The notes beneath the pieces were generated by a model. The model was given only the letters and a program-made list of their open reading frames with translations, searched no databases and had not been told where the DNA came from. This document shows, one piece after another, positions 1 through 12,182 of a stretch of DNA of 64,000 nucleotides. Made by a program: the position numbers and the translations under genes. Position 1 is the stretch's first letter. The number at the start of each line of letters is the position of its first letter. The DNA lies in assembly GCA_963976765.1 (NCBI GenBank), contig CAXBME010000003.1, positions 124,001 to 188,000 on the forward strand. The letters are read 5' to 3'. The stretch comes from an uncultured Planctomycetaceae bacterium (GTDB lineage: Bacteria; Planctomycetota; Planctomycetia; Planctomycetales; Planctomycetaceae).

Positions 1-275
1 AGAATCGCATCCGGTTTCAGTTCGCCGATCACTGGCGTCAACTGGTCGATAATTCGCGAAGTCAACGCCGCCAACGTCTGGCCAGGCTGCATCAGATTCA
101 GATCGACGTGCGGAGTAATTCCGAACAGTTCGAGGATCTGATCCAGCATCTCTCGGTGCTGAGCAGTGACGACGACCTGCGGTTCAAAGTCTGGATGTTT
201 CTCCAGAGCCTGGACCAGCGGAGCCATTTTGATCGCTTCGGGACGCGTCCCGAATGCCAGCATGATCTTTTTCAT
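1..275 (-). CDS. wecB: UDP-N-acetylglucosamine 2-epimerase (non-hydrolysing), N-terminal part; runs off window start
   Basis: Manual translation from ATG at 275: [21 protein letters not shown]...[28 protein letters not shown] and QHREM motifs. ATGA overlap with the stop of the upstream glycosyltransferase. Not in the ORF track. Confidence 0.93.
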   Translation of the reverse strand, partial: MKKIMLAFGTRPEAIKMAPLVQALEKHPDFEPQVVVTAQHREMLDQILELFGITPHVDLNLMQPGQTLAALTSRIIDQLTPVIGELKPDAI

Positions 276-1393
276 GCGGTCGCTCGACGTTCAGAATATT
301 GCTGATAAATCGCGACCGTTTCGCTGGCGATGCGGTCCCACGAGAATTGCTCGATAGCACGCTGGCGAGCTTCGTCACCCATTCGGCGACGCAACTGAGC
401 ATCGGCTGCCAGACGGTGAATCGCTTTGGCGAGACCTGCCGGATCGCCTGGTTCAACGAGCAGTCCTGAATTTTCGTCGTCGATCAGAACGGGAATGCCG
501 CCGACGCGAGTCCCAACCAGCGGAAGTCCGCAAGCCATCGACTCCAGACCGGTGATACTTGTGGCTTCCATAAACGAAGGCAGCACCGAGATGTCAGCCG
601 ATCGATAAATTTCAGGCATGGTCCCGTTCTGAACGTTGCCAAGAAACACCGACGAGTTAATTGCGTTACCTTTGGTCAGAATGTTTGTGACGGCTGCTCG
701 TTCTGCTCCGTCGCCAGCAAAGATGGCGCGAAACTTCAGTCCAGCGTCGGCAAGCCTGGTGAGCGCTTCGGCAAAGACGGTAACTCCGTTTTTCTCGACC
801 AGTCGGCGAGCCAGTAGAATGACCACTTCATCATCCTGCACGCCCCACTCCTCACGAAACGTCGCTGCTCCTGGCGTAAAACGCTCGGTGTCGACGCCGT
901 TCGAAATGAAAGTCACAGGCCCGTGGTAACCAACAGTCAGCGTCGCATCGACAAGTTCCTGACTGGGAGCCAGCACGTGAGAAATGTGAGAAAGCCGTCG
1001 GGCGATTTTTCGATGTTCTGCTGGCCCTTTCTGGATCCGCTTCAGAAAGCCGGAGGTGTGATTGGTAAAGACGACCGGTATCGCCAGATGTTTCGTTGCT
1101 TCCAGCGGTCGCATTCCATGAACGTGCACCACGTCGACACCCTGGTCGGCGATAAATTTCCGAAGCCAGCGATGAGTCATCCACGAATAGATTGGTTTCT
1201 GCTTCGGGATTGACGGACGGTGGACCGTCATGCCATGCAGAGTGCTGACCGGAGATCGCTCTGTTCCACACGGAATTGTGACCACATGCACATCGTGATT
1301 CTGCCTGGCCAGAGACTTGCCGAGTTCAACGACGTGAGCCGCAACTCCCCCCACATTCGGCGGAAAATCTACAGAGACAAGTGCGACTTTCAT
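272..1393 (-). CDS. GT4-family (GT-B) glycosyltransferase
   Basis: [47 protein letters not shown] (E-x7-E) motifs. Confidence 0.9.
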   Translation of the reverse strand: MKVALVSVDFPPNVGGVAAHVVELGKSLARQNHDVHVVTIPCGTERSPVSTLHGMTVHRPSIPKQKPIYSWMTHRWLRKFIADQGVDVVHVHGMRPLEATKHLAIPVVFTNHTSGFLKRIQKGPAEHRKIARRLSHISHVLAPSQELVDATLTVGYHGPVTFISNGVDTERFTPGAATFREEWGVQDDEVVILLARRLVEKNGVTVFAEALTRLADAGLKFRAIFAGDGAERAAVTNILTKGNAINSSVFLGNVQNGTMPEIYRSADISVLPSFMEATSITGLESMACGLPLVGTRVGGIPVLIDDENSGLLVEPGDPAGLAKAIHRLAADAQLRRRMGDEARQRAIEQFSWDRIASETVAIYQQYSERRATA

Positions 1394-1640
1394 GGTGTAA
1401 AACCTCGGGTTGCCTTAACGATGCCGGCAGGAATCCTGGAAAGTGGTTCGTGGTCGTGTTCAGGGCTGAGCGTGAATCAGGGCTGAGGTTGAGCGCCGGT
1501 GAGCCTGAAGGTAGCTGGCTGCGAGGGCGCGGCCTATTGTCAGCTGTCGATGTTCAATTTCCGACGATGATCGCTTGAACTCAGGCTCTCAGAAGTTCGT
1601 CGGAATGAACGATTTTCCAAATTACAGAGTGCCATGCGAT

Positions 1641-2528
1641 TCATGCCGCCCGCCCCCGCTCGTGATGATCGGCTGGCTGGCCAGTCGAGTGATCGTCGGT
1701 TCGAAGGGTCTTGTCGCCTGAGCGGGCGGCGATGTTTTCCGGATGCAGATCCGGAAGCAGACTCGTACCGTGGTGTTCGTGTTGAAAATGTTCGTAGAGT
1801 TTGGCGTACTTCAGAAATGCGTAATTTGCCATGCAGACAGAACCGATCAGGCCGGCCCATCCATTCAAGAAGTTGCGTTTAAAGATGTATGACTTCAGAA
1901 ACATGAACGGTGGATAAAAGATGCAGACCCAGGGGTTTGATTTCTTGCGCCGCCTGGCTTTGTATTCAACAAGACCGGTCGAATACATGTTCAACTTGTC
2001 GACTTTGGCGTGAACGCTCGGTTCTCCAAAGTGATAAAAGCCGGCCTTCAGCGGGGTCGGATTGCCATCGATTTCCGGTGCAGCGTGAACCGGGACATCG
2101 TTCATCCGACCGTGATTCCGATTGAACAGCCTCAAAAAGTGATTCATTCTCGATCTGGAATGAGTCATCTGCCAGAAAAGCTGTTCGATCCGAGGCAGCG
2201 TATATCCCTGCGAAGTCGGACCTTTTTTCAGCAATTGCTGGATTTCTACCTGAGACTCCGGCGAGAGTGCTTCGTCCGCGTCGAGTAGAATGACCCAATC
2301 GTGAGACGCGAGATCGATCGCGTCCTGTTTCTGCTTTGAATATCCCTGAAAGGAGTGTTGCTTGATCACGCACGAAAAATCTGCGGCAATCTGGCAGGTT
2401 TCGTCAGTGCTGAATGAGTCCAGAACTACAATTTCGTTTGCCCATTTAACGCTTTCCAGACACGAACGGAGCGTGGCCGCGTTGTTGAAAGTTGTTACGA
2501 CAGCGGTTAGCGGGGTCACGATCGGCAC
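1641..2528 (-). CDS. GT2-family glycosyltransferase (WaaE/KdtX-like)
   Basis: TFNNAATLRSCLESV, DSFSTD, LDADE, VHAAP motifs. Start uncertain (GTG 2519/2528; ORF is open to 2588). Confidence 0.85.
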   Translation of the reverse strand: MPIVTPLTAVVTTFNNAATLRSCLESVKWANEIVVLDSFSTDETCQIAADFSCVIKQHSFQGYSKQKQDAIDLASHDWVILLDADEALSPESQVEIQQLLKKGPTSQGYTLPRIEQLFWQMTHSRSRMNHFLRLFNRNHGRMNDVPVHAAPEIDGNPTPLKAGFYHFGEPSVHAKVDKLNMYSTGLVEYKARRRKKSNPWVCIFYPPFMFLKSYIFKRNFLNGWAGLIGSVCMANYAFLKYAKLYEHFQHEHHGTSLLPDLHPENIAARSGDKTLRTDDHSTGQPADHHERGRAA

Positions 2529-2629
2529 GTCCTTGTGATGATGCTGAATTGCCTGTTCCTCAGGAAATCGGCGCACGGCGACCTGCAATGAAAGCCCTTC
2601 CTGCCGCCCGTTGTCCGGAGGCTATCGGC

Positions 2630-2649
2630 ATTGCTCAATTTTGAGCAAT
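2630..2649. promoter_or_regulatory. Perfect palindrome, putative transcription-factor operator between divergent glycosyltransferase genes
   Basis: ATTGCTCAA-TT-TTGAGCAAT. Confidence 0.5.
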
Positions 2650-2815
2650 ACGACTTTGGTCGTGCCTGGGAACTGCGGGAATGTTTGCCTGACGATCTGC
2701 CTGCTCAGGATCCGATGTTCGTCCTACACTTCGGCGAATTCACATCACGATTGTGCGGAAAAGTTGATAGTGCCAGAAGCCTGTTGACCGACTTTTCAGA
2801 GACGAAAGCTGATTT

Positions 2816-3886
2816 ATGAGCAGCCAGCAGCCTGATTTGCCGACGCTCCCGTTCAAGGGATTGCGAGTGGTTCATGCCGCCAATTTTCAGTTCAACAGAG
2901 ACGGCTCCGTTTTCTTCAACTGCGACCAGAAGATTCATCACGGCCTGATTCAGAATGGCTGTTACGCCTACCCGTTCAGTATCAACGATCGAGCACGCAT
3001 GCTGACCTGGACCGGGCGAAAGAAGCTCGGGCAGGGCAAAGCCAATAAGGCGCTGATTAAAACCTGCGTCAACGTTCAGCCAGACCTGCTGCTGCTCGGC
3101 CACGCTCAGCATATGACCCGGGAAACGCTACTGGAAATTCGGCGTCAATTGCCGGATATCCGCATCGCTTTGTGGTATGTCGATGCGCTTTGGGAGCCGA
3201 AGTACACTCGCCACATCGTCAAGCGTCGGGATGTCTTTGACGGTGTGTTCGCGACAACGGGCGGCGAGATGCTTGAAGAACTGGCCGGCGACGGCTGTCC
3301 GGCGGCGTTTATCCCCAATCCCGTAGAAGCCTCGATCGAGCGGTTTCGAGCGTTCGAGAATCCCGATCCTGAGTACGACCTCGTGTTCTGGGGAAGCGAT
3401 CGTCACGCTCCGGAACGCACGCGGTTTCTGCAGAGCATTATCGATGCACTCCCGAATCTCAAATTCGGAGTCTTCGGCTGTCTGGGACATCCTGGTGTGT
3501 TCGGCAAGCAGAAGGAAGACCTGATGCCGAAGTGCCGGATGGGGCTGAACCTGAATCGCCGCAACGATGCCAGACTCTACTCGTCAGACCGAATCGCTCA
3601 GTTGACAGGCAACGGTCTACTGACAATTACGCCCGGAGGATGCGGTCTGGAAGAGCTCTTCAACGCCGATGAACTGGTCTACTTTTCCGACATCGCAAAC
3701 CTGGTCGAACAACTCAACGAGTTGCTCCAACACCCCGACCGAGTGACAGAAATGGCTCGTAACGCCTGGAAGAAGTCACACGAAGAATTTTCATCCGCTG
3801 CGGTCACCCGGTTTATCATCGACCTGACGATGCGAAATGATCGCTGGAAACAGGCTTCGTGGTCCGAGCATGTTTACGGACTATGA
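2816..3886 (+). CDS. Glycosyltransferase, CgeB/Glyco_trans_1_2-like
   Basis: WYVDAL, FIPNPVE, YDLVFWG, MGLNLNRR..LYSSDRIAQLTGNG C-terminal motif. Confidence 0.75.
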   Translation: MSSQQPDLPTLPFKGLRVVHAANFQFNRDGSVFFNCDQKIHHGLIQNGCYAYPFSINDRARMLTWTGRKKLGQGKANKALIKTCVNVQPDLLLLGHAQHMTRETLLEIRRQLPDIRIALWYVDALWEPKYTRHIVKRRDVFDGVFATTGGEMLEELAGDGCPAAFIPNPVEASIERFRAFENPDPEYDLVFWGSDRHAPERTRFLQSIIDALPNLKFGVFGCLGHPGVFGKQKEDLMPKCRMGLNLNRRNDARLYSSDRIAQLTGNGLLTITPGGCGLEELFNADELVYFSDIANLVEQLNELLQHPDRVTEMARNAWKKSHEEFSSAAVTRFIIDLTMRNDRWKQASWSEHVYGL

Positions 3887-4013
3887 GTTCTTCAACCTGG
3901 CACGAACACGGAATTTGCCAGCGACCATCAAAAACTCACAACCGAAAACTCACATCTGCTGCACGGGTGACGGGTGCCCAATCAGAATGGCAGTGCCACC
4001 CTGACACGGGACT

Positions 4014-6341
4014 TCAGCGAGCACCGGCCTGTAAATTGTTGAGTAGATACCGCGTCATCAGCTCCCGCAGATGCCGAGTTGTGTTTTTCCGTTCTTTGAT
4101 CGAATGCGTGCGGTTGGGGTAGGCCATCATGCTGAACTGCTTGTTGTGAGCGATCAGCTCGTCGATCAGCATTTCTGTCGTCTGGTAATGGCAATTATCG
4201 TCGCCCGTTCCGTGAATCAGCAGCAGGTTGCCTTCCAGCTGTTTCGCAAAGTTGATCGGCGAGCCTTCTCGAAAACCTTCGACGTTAGTTTCCGGCAGGC
4301 CCATGTACCGTTCCTGGTAAATCGTGTCGTAGTATCGCTGGTTGGGAACCGGGGCGACGGCGATGGCTGTTGAGTAGAGCTTCGGGTATTTGAAAATGGC
4401 ATGCAGACTCGATGAACCGCCGCCGCTCCAGCCCCAGATTCCAACTCGGGTTTCGTCGAGGTGCGATCGCTGCTTGAGCACGGCTTTCACAGCGGCAGCC
4501 TGATCCTGTGGAGGAATGATGCCAATCTTCTGGTAGATGCTTTTCCGCCACGTTCGACCGCGCGGAGCTTTGGTGCCTCGATTATCAAAACTCATTACGA
4601 CATAACCGCGTTGAGCAAGCATCGAATGCCACAGCCAGGAACTTCCGCCCCAGCGATCAATCACCGTCTGCCCGGCAGGTTCTCCGTAAACATAAACCAG
4701 CAACGGATATTTTTTCTGCGGATCAAGATTCGCCGGTTTAATGCACCATCCGTCGAGAGTAATTCCGTCGCCGATATTCACTCGCAGGAATTCGGTTTTC
4801 GCCAGCTTCAGTTTTGTCAGTTTTTCGGCCAGCTTCTGATTGTCTTTCAGAATTCTCACCGGCTTGTGATCAGGCAGGGTGATCAACGTTTCAACTGGAG
4901 GTTGATCGGCAGACGATGCCCGATGAATGGCGTAGCTGGCGTCCTTCGAAATCTGATAATCGTGAGTGCCTGATTGATCTTTGGGAGTCACTCGCTGAAT
5001 ACCGGTACCATTGAGGTTTCCCCTAAACAGAAACCGCTGCGACGCGTCATCGGGAGAGGCGATGAAGTACAGCCAGCCGTTGGCCTCGTCGATTTTCAGC
5101 AGACTGATGACGTCGTAGTCGCCCGGCGTGGCGAGCGTCAACTGACGGCCGTCTCGCGACACAATGTAAACATGCCGCCAGCCATCACGATCGCTGATCC
5201 ACGCAAACTTGCGACCGTCGTTGAACCAGGCCAGCTCGTCGTGAGCGTCGACCCAGGCGTCGTCACTTTCCGTCAATATCGGCTGCAAATCACGTCGCTG
5301 AGAATCTGCATGAGTCACCGGTTGAACTTCGACATTGACCAGGAACAGACGGTTGCGATTCTGGAGGCGATTAAACTGCTGAAGAAGCAGTTCCTGTGGG
5401 TTGTCAGCCCAGGCCATTATTGGAACGTAGTGGTCTCGCGAGTCACCGGGAAGTCGTATCCAGTCAGTGATTCCAGAAGCACAATGAACGACTCCAACCC
5501 GGCAGGCGGAGTTTTTCTGACCGACCTTCGGGTACGCGAACCAGGTCACCTTCGGATAAAGCGAATCCGTGTTGTTGACCAGCGGAAATTTCTGGACGCC
5601 CGTCGTGTCGATCTGCTGGTAAGCGATCGACGCTCCATCGGGGCTCCATTTAAAGCCATCTCGCAGACCGAACTCCTCTTCGTAAACCCAGTCGCCGGTT
5701 CCGTTGATAATGTCTTCGGACGAAGTTTCCGACAGCTTTCTCACGCTGTGGTCGAACAGGTCTTCGATGTAGATATTGCGGTCTCGCAGGTAGGCGACGT
5801 GCTTTTCTGTTGGCGAGAACTTTGCGAACATCAGCGTTGATGGTGTCGCGTCGCCGCCGAGCTTTCGCAGTTGCCTCGCCGAACGATCGAGCACCCAGTA
5901 ATCGCCGCGAGAATTCTGTCGCCAGACTCGTTTGGAGTTTGTGTAGATCAGCAGCTTGGTCTGACTCTTCGACCAGGCGTAGTCTTCGATCTTCAGCGGC
6001 GCAGACTCACCCGCCGGGATCAGTTCGGCAGCGGAAACGATGATCGTTTTCTCGCCGGTCGCAGGATCATGCTGAACGATGTCTTTGTGATCCTTGTGGT
6101 CTGCTGACTTTTCGAGCGTCGTAAAGGCACTGCTATCTTCAAGCCAGCGCCCCCCCAGACTTTCGGCTTTGAATTCATCGCCACCGTAGATCCGGTCGAC
6201 CGTGAGGACCGACTCGTCGATCTCTGGCTTGTCGGCTTGCGGCTGCAAGGCTCTTGGTTCGGCTGCTGTCACAAAAGCCGGCTTTGCCAACAGCAGACCG
6301 ACGATAAGAAATGGAAGCGCGAGCGGATTTCGGTACGTCAT
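4014..6341 (-). CDS. Dipeptidyl peptidase IV (S9B), secreted
   Basis: Signal peptide; DWVYEEEF; GWSGGG nucleophile; HGTGDDNCH; HSI catalytic His. Confidence 0.93.
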   Translation of the reverse strand: MTYRNPLALPFLIVGLLLAKPAFVTAAEPRALQPQADKPEIDESVLTVDRIYGGDEFKAESLGGRWLEDSSAFTTLEKSADHKDHKDIVQHDPATGEKTIIVSAAELIPAGESAPLKIEDYAWSKSQTKLLIYTNSKRVWRQNSRGDYWVLDRSARQLRKLGGDATPSTLMFAKFSPTEKHVAYLRDRNIYIEDLFDHSVRKLSETSSEDIINGTGDWVYEEEFGLRDGFKWSPDGASIAYQQIDTTGVQKFPLVNNTDSLYPKVTWFAYPKVGQKNSACRVGVVHCASGITDWIRLPGDSRDHYVPIMAWADNPQELLLQQFNRLQNRNRLFLVNVEVQPVTHADSQRRDLQPILTESDDAWVDAHDELAWFNDGRKFAWISDRDGWRHVYIVSRDGRQLTLATPGDYDVISLLKIDEANGWLYFIASPDDASQRFLFRGNLNGTGIQRVTPKDQSGTHDYQISKDASYAIHRASSADQPPVETLITLPDHKPVRILKDNQKLAEKLTKLKLAKTEFLRVNIGDGITLDGWCIKPANLDPQKKYPLLVYVYGEPAGQTVIDRWGGSSWLWHSMLAQRGYVVMSFDNRGTKAPRGRTWRKSIYQKIGIIPPQDQAAAVKAVLKQRSHLDETRVGIWGWSGGGSSSLHAIFKYPKLYSTAIAVAPVPNQRYYDTIYQERYMGLPETNVEGFREGSPINFAKQLEGNLLLIHGTGDDNCHYQTTEMLIDELIAHNKQFSMMAYPNRTHSIKERKNTTRHLRELMTRYLLNNLQAGAR

Positions 6342-6349
6342 GAGTGTCG

Positions 6350-8092
6350 TTAATCCTTGAGGCGTCCCGGGATCTCTGCCCGAGCGGTTCGGTCACCGAC
6401 GGTGAAATAGCCGAGTGGTTTGTTCGCTTCGTCCGTGATCAGCCAGACAGCTCCGGGGCGAGTCTGCTGGCGTTTACGTTTTCCGACTTCGATGCCGCCG
6501 TACGATCTGGGTTTGCCGGAACGGTCTATCCAGTGCAGAACGACTGTCGAATTGCTTCGATTGATGAAGACCACATCGAACGGATTGCCGTCCGGTTTTG
6601 AAGGGGGAGCGGTTTCGTCTCTGATGATCCGCCATTCGAGGCCTGGGAGAGATTCATCCTGAGGAGTAACCCGAGCTGCAAACTTCTTCGGAGCGATCGC
6701 CCGCATCTCGTTCAGCTTTGCGAAGTGTTCCGGTTGAGCGGCGAGGTTCGTCCATTCGTAACGGTCAGCCGCGCTGTCGTACAGCTCTTCGTCGTCGTTG
6801 GCGTAATGGATGTAGCGCCAGTTTTCGGTGCTCATTCCGTAAGAGCCTGCGTCACCGAGAAATGTCACGGACGTATGTTTCCAGTCGGCGTTCGAATCTT
6901 TAAGCAATTGAACGAGACTCGGCCCGTTGTTATCTGACTTCGCGGGTAGACCGGCGAGTTCCGTCAGTGTTGGGAAGAGACTCAGCAGGTTGACCGGCTT
7001 CGAGCATCTTGTACCGGCGGTAGTGCCGTTTGCCAGGCCGGGCACGCCCTGGGGAACCCGCAAAATCAGCGGCACGCGAGTGCAGGCTCGCCAGGCGGTG
7101 TATTTCTGCCAGTGCTGCTTTTCGCCGAGATGCCAGCCATGATCGCTCCACAAAACAACGATCGTGTTATCAGCGTTGGGGCCGTTCTCCAGCGCGTCGA
7201 GGACTCGACCGAGCATCGCGTCGGCAAAGGAAATCGAGGCAAGGTATCCCTGGATGCCCTGCTTCCACTGCCCTTGCTCACGGATGTGAGCGAAGTAGCG
7301 GTTGGGACCTCGCTTCTTTCCTGCAGGCGGCAAGTCATCGAGGTCGTCTTCACGATACCCCGGAGGCAGCTGAATTTCGTCGAGCGGGAACTGGTCGAAA
7401 TATTTCTGCGGAACAAACCACGGCTCGTGAGGCCGGTAAAGACCGCAGGCCAGGAAGAAGGGCTTGTTACGTTTTCGACTGAGTTGCTCACCGACGTACT
7501 TTGACACCAGCCAGTCGCCGCCGAATTCTTCGTCGGTCGCGTCCAGGCCGCCCCAGTCCGTTTCGACATACTGCCACGGACCGCCGCGGGGAAGATTTAC
7601 AGGACGCTTGTCCGGATACAGCGTTCGTGGAAACGGGTTCTCGGTTTCCTTCGCCGGGAAGTAGTCGTCCCACGAAGGAGCGTCAATAAAGTAATGCAGA
7701 ATTTTCCCCGAGCCGCTCGACCAGTAGCCGTGCCGCGAAAAGTATTTCGGCAACAGCTCGGCGTCGGGCAGGACTTCCCGCATCTTCTGACCGTTTTCGT
7801 ACATGCCGGAAACGTTGGGAGCGATGCCCGTCATGATTGCCGTCCGGCAGGGATTGCATGCCGGAGCCGGGCAATGAGCATTCGTAAACAGAACACCGCT
7901 GGCGGCCAGGCGGTCGAAGTTCGGAGTCGTTGCCTGAGGATGACCACCCAGGCAACCAATCCAGTCATTCAAATCGTCGACCGAAATGAAGAGAACGTCC
8001 GGTTTGCTGTCGCTCGCCTCAGCCGAGTTTGCAGTATTCGTCGCGAGGCAAATGGCCGCGAACAATCCGAACAACCGATTTGAAAAATTCAT
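6350..8092 (-). CDS. Sulfatase (S1, iduronate-sulfatase-like) with C-terminal VHL-like beta domain
   Basis: Start MNFSNR with signal peptide; ISVDDLND, CNPCR (CxPxR), GKILH, RPHEPW, SDHGWHLGEK; C-terminal VVFINRSNSTVVLHWID..G..RSYG..WLITD. Confidence 0.9.
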   Translation of the reverse strand: MNFSNRLFGLFAAICLATNTANSAEASDSKPDVLFISVDDLNDWIGCLGGHPQATTPNFDRLAASGVLFTNAHCPAPACNPCRTAIMTGIAPNVSGMYENGQKMREVLPDAELLPKYFSRHGYWSSGSGKILHYFIDAPSWDDYFPAKETENPFPRTLYPDKRPVNLPRGGPWQYVETDWGGLDATDEEFGGDWLVSKYVGEQLSRKRNKPFFLACGLYRPHEPWFVPQKYFDQFPLDEIQLPPGYREDDLDDLPPAGKKRGPNRYFAHIREQGQWKQGIQGYLASISFADAMLGRVLDALENGPNADNTIVVLWSDHGWHLGEKQHWQKYTAWRACTRVPLILRVPQGVPGLANGTTAGTRCSKPVNLLSLFPTLTELAGLPAKSDNNGPSLVQLLKDSNADWKHTSVTFLGDAGSYGMSTENWRYIHYANDDEELYDSAADRYEWTNLAAQPEHFAKLNEMRAIAPKKFAARVTPQDESLPGLEWRIIRDETAPPSKPDGNPFDVVFINRSNSTVVLHWIDRSGKPRSYGGIEVGKRKRQQTRPGAVWLITDEANKPLGYFTVGDRTARAEIPGRLKD

Positions 8093-8199
8093 GAAGCTGA
8101 ATTCCGGGCACAACAATACAGCGTGGGTACCAGCCACCAGCGAAACTCGGGTTCGCTGGCACCGCCCACCCCACGCACTTCCAGACTGCCTCAAAGCTT

Positions 8200-8278
8200 C
8201 TGACGCGAAGACGCAATGTCCCGCCGAAGAGCACTTTGCGAATCTTTGCGTCTCTGCGGCTTCGCGGCTTCGCGTCAG
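8200..8278. repeat. Intergenic long-hairpin (REPIN/MITE-like) remnant
   Basis: 11-bp inverted repeat CTGACGCGAAG ... CTTCGCGTCAG with internal degenerate 8-mers. Confidence 0.5.
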
Positions 8279-8289
8279 GTTAAGAAGTC

Positions 8290-9624
8290 TTATGAAAGGC
8301 CTTCGACTTCCCAGCCTTTGCGGTACGGCTTTGAGAGAAGGTTCGCAGCCTGAGCGTGGCCAGTCAGTTTCTGAGCGGCGGCATCCCATTTCAGTTCGGT
8401 GCCCGACAGTCGAATCGCGATGGTCCCGAGCAGGATCGTTTCCGTCAGGTTGCCAGCGTAACCGAAGTTCGAATTCGTCGTGCCTTCGCCGCGGCAGGCG
8501 TCAGCCCACAGAACGTAATGGCTGAGCCGTTCGAGTTTCGGCATTTCGTAATCGGCGAACTTTTCTTCGGGCAGCAGCTTTGGCGCACCGACGTGAGGAA
8601 TGAGTAACGAACCGCTTTCGCCAATCAGTACAGAACCCGCGCCGGGCAGTTTTGGCTCGTCGACAATCCCGGCAAGTTCCTGCACCGGCTTGTGACCGGC
8701 GCCGTCGATCCAGGTAACGTTGATCGTGTCACCTGCCGTTCGTTCGTTGCCAGGGAAGACGTACTTGACTCGTGCAGAGTGAGTCCACGTTTCTGAATTG
8801 ATCGGCGGAGCCTCGGCGATAATTGACGTTGGAGCAGTCAGGCCAATCGCCATCGAAACCGGATCCAGAATGTGGCAGCCGAAGTCGCCGAGCTGTCCGT
8901 TGCTGAAGTCCTGCCAGTCTCGCCAGTCAAACGGGTGATAGATCTCTTTTTTGTAAGGACGTTCGGGAGCGACTCCCAGCCAGTTATCCCACTTCACGCT
9001 TTTGGGAACCGGATCGCCGCCTTCTGGTCGGTCGTTGACTTTTCGCCAGCTCGGCTTGCCCGACTGCCACGAGAAGACTTCTTTCACTTTTCCGATCGCG
9101 CCGTCATGAACGAGCTGCACGGCTGATCGATACTCAGCGTACGCCTGAATCTGGTTGCCCATCTGCGTGACCACGCCAGCCTTTTTCGCCGCGTCGGTCA
9201 GGGCGCGTGCCTCGTGAACAGTGTGAGTCAGCGGCTTCTGACAATAAACATGCAGGCCTCGCTCGATGGCACGCAGCGCGACCGGAGCGTGCATGTGGTC
9301 AGGCGTCGAAACGATCAGCGCATCGAGCTTTTCCTTGTCGAGTAGAACCCGCCAGTCGGAATACTTCGTCGCTTTGGGGAACTGCTCAGCCGCTCGGCCC
9401 AGATGGTTCGCGCTGTCGTCGATGTCGCAAATCGCCTGGATCGTGACATGAGGGCTTTTCGCCGTTTCCATCATGTCGGACCAGCCCTTGCCGCCGACTC
9501 CGACGCAGCCAACGTGAAGCTGGTCATTTTCGCTGGCGAATGCGTTCGTCCTGATGAGCGGCAGACCAAAACCGGCCACGGCAGCACTTTGCAGAAAAGA
9601 TCGACGACTCAGATGATTGGACAT
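8290..9624 (-). CDS. Gfo/Idh/MocA oxidoreductase with Tat signal
   Basis: SRRSFL; GVGGKG; STPDHMH; YCQKPL; GDFGCHILD. Confidence 0.92.
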   Translation of the reverse strand: MSNHLSRRSFLQSAAVAGFGLPLIRTNAFASENDQLHVGCVGVGGKGWSDMMETAKSPHVTIQAICDIDDSANHLGRAAEQFPKATKYSDWRVLLDKEKLDALIVSTPDHMHAPVALRAIERGLHVYCQKPLTHTVHEARALTDAAKKAGVVTQMGNQIQAYAEYRSAVQLVHDGAIGKVKEVFSWQSGKPSWRKVNDRPEGGDPVPKSVKWDNWLGVAPERPYKKEIYHPFDWRDWQDFSNGQLGDFGCHILDPVSMAIGLTAPTSIIAEAPPINSETWTHSARVKYVFPGNERTAGDTINVTWIDGAGHKPVQELAGIVDEPKLPGAGSVLIGESGSLLIPHVGAPKLLPEEKFADYEMPKLERLSHYVLWADACRGEGTTNSNFGYAGNLTETILLGTIAIRLSGTELKWDAAAQKLTGHAQAANLLSKPYRKGWEVEGLS

Positions 9625-9767
9625 GGTGAATCTCCTGTCGGGGAACCGGCGGTATGGTCGAACGAGTGGTCACAGCAGAGCGACGAATGTAGTCTTCCCG
9701 CTCGCGTTTCAGAGTGCAACGGGACGGCTCAATTCACCGCATTTCAGATGGCAAGGTCAAAACGACG

Positions 9768-10946
<1,179 letters not shown>

Positions 10947-11728
10947 CACCTCGCCGTCGAGGCACTTCGTGTTTTGGATCCGGTTAAAGATGTGGGCAAT
11001 CTCGTGCGCCAGGATCGCGTCGAGTTGCTCAGCGGAAAGCCCCGTCATCGCCGTTGCGGGAAGCAGAATAAGCGGCTTCAGAACGCCAATGACGGTCGGG
11101 ACTTCCACAAGCGCCGACTGAGCCAGCCGAACGGGGCGAGATACACGAAGACGGCGTGCCAGGACTTCGACGCGCGCGGTTAAAGATTCAGTGGGCCGTG
11201 GAATCTCTCGACTTCGCAGTCGGGAGACGCAGGCTAGAGTTAAGATCAGTCGCAAGGACAGAGCTGTTACACCGATCAGCCAGCAGGCCACGAACATCGT
11301 CAGCCACCATCTGAGTGCGGGGGACTCTGGGCTGGTGCCTGATTTCTCCGTCAGCGTTACCGAATTCACGTCCCGAACCGTATCCTCAACGCGATCGGAA
11401 ATTACTCCCGGCAATGGGCCGTTCGTGACGAAACTGCCGCTCAAGGCTTCGCTGAAATCAACCGCTTCAATTTCAGCCGCGACTACTTGCGGACGAGCCA
11501 GATCTGCGTGGTTACTGATTGAGTGCCAGGCGGTGACCGTCGGCGCCGCCGCCATCAGAATAAGTGCCAGACACGCAACAATGTATCGCCGGGAGGCGGC
11601 TGCGTTTTTCAGGGACGCCAGCATCGTGGCTGCGAGTATCGCCAGTAGAATTCCCTGCCACAGGAAATGGACGAGCGACCAGCCAAGTGCATCGACGAAT
11701 GGATGATTCAGTATCTGCGGAAATTCGC

Positions 11729-12121
11729 TCATTGGGCACCACCTTCCATCTCATCGAGCAGCTTTCGAATCTCAGCGATTTCCTGAGCGGTTGCCTTTTT
11801 GGACGACAGAGCCTGCATGACCAGTTTCTCAGTCGAGCCTCCAAACGCTTTCGACACGAGATCCTTCACGAGCTGTTTCTGAGTCACTGCCTCTTTCTGC
11901 TTCGCCCGGTAAACGTGAGAACGCTCTGACTCGTCCCGCAGCAACAGCCCCTTGTCCGTCATGATCTGCATCAGCTTGAGCATCGTCGTGTAACCAACGT
12001 CGCGTTTCCGACTGAGCAGGTCGTGAACCTGTCGAACCGTGCTCGGTCCGAGATCCCAGAGGACTCGCAGAATTTCGAGTTCGGCGTCGGTTGGTCGTGG
12101 CAATTGCGGTGCTGGTGGCAT
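11729..12121 (-). CDS. BlaI/MecI/CopY-family transcriptional repressor
   Basis: PTDAELEILRVLWDLGPSTVRQVH, GYTTMLKLMQIMTDKGL, AFGGSTEKLV; ATGA-coupled to the M56 gene. Confidence 0.93.
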   Translation of the reverse strand: MPPAPQLPRPTDAELEILRVLWDLGPSTVRQVHDLLSRKRDVGYTTMLKLMQIMTDKGLLLRDESERSHVYRAKQKEAVTQKQLVKDLVSKAFGGSTEKLVMQALSSKKATAQEIAEIRKLLDEMEGGAQ

Positions 12122-12182
12122 GTCGAAATTCGATCGTTGAAGTGGCCTGAATGTTCTGTCGCGTCTCAGCTTCAGTCTGAAC

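Noticed and set aside
1460..1487. Direct repeat TCAGGGCTGAG x2
   Set aside because: Too short and without context to assign a function
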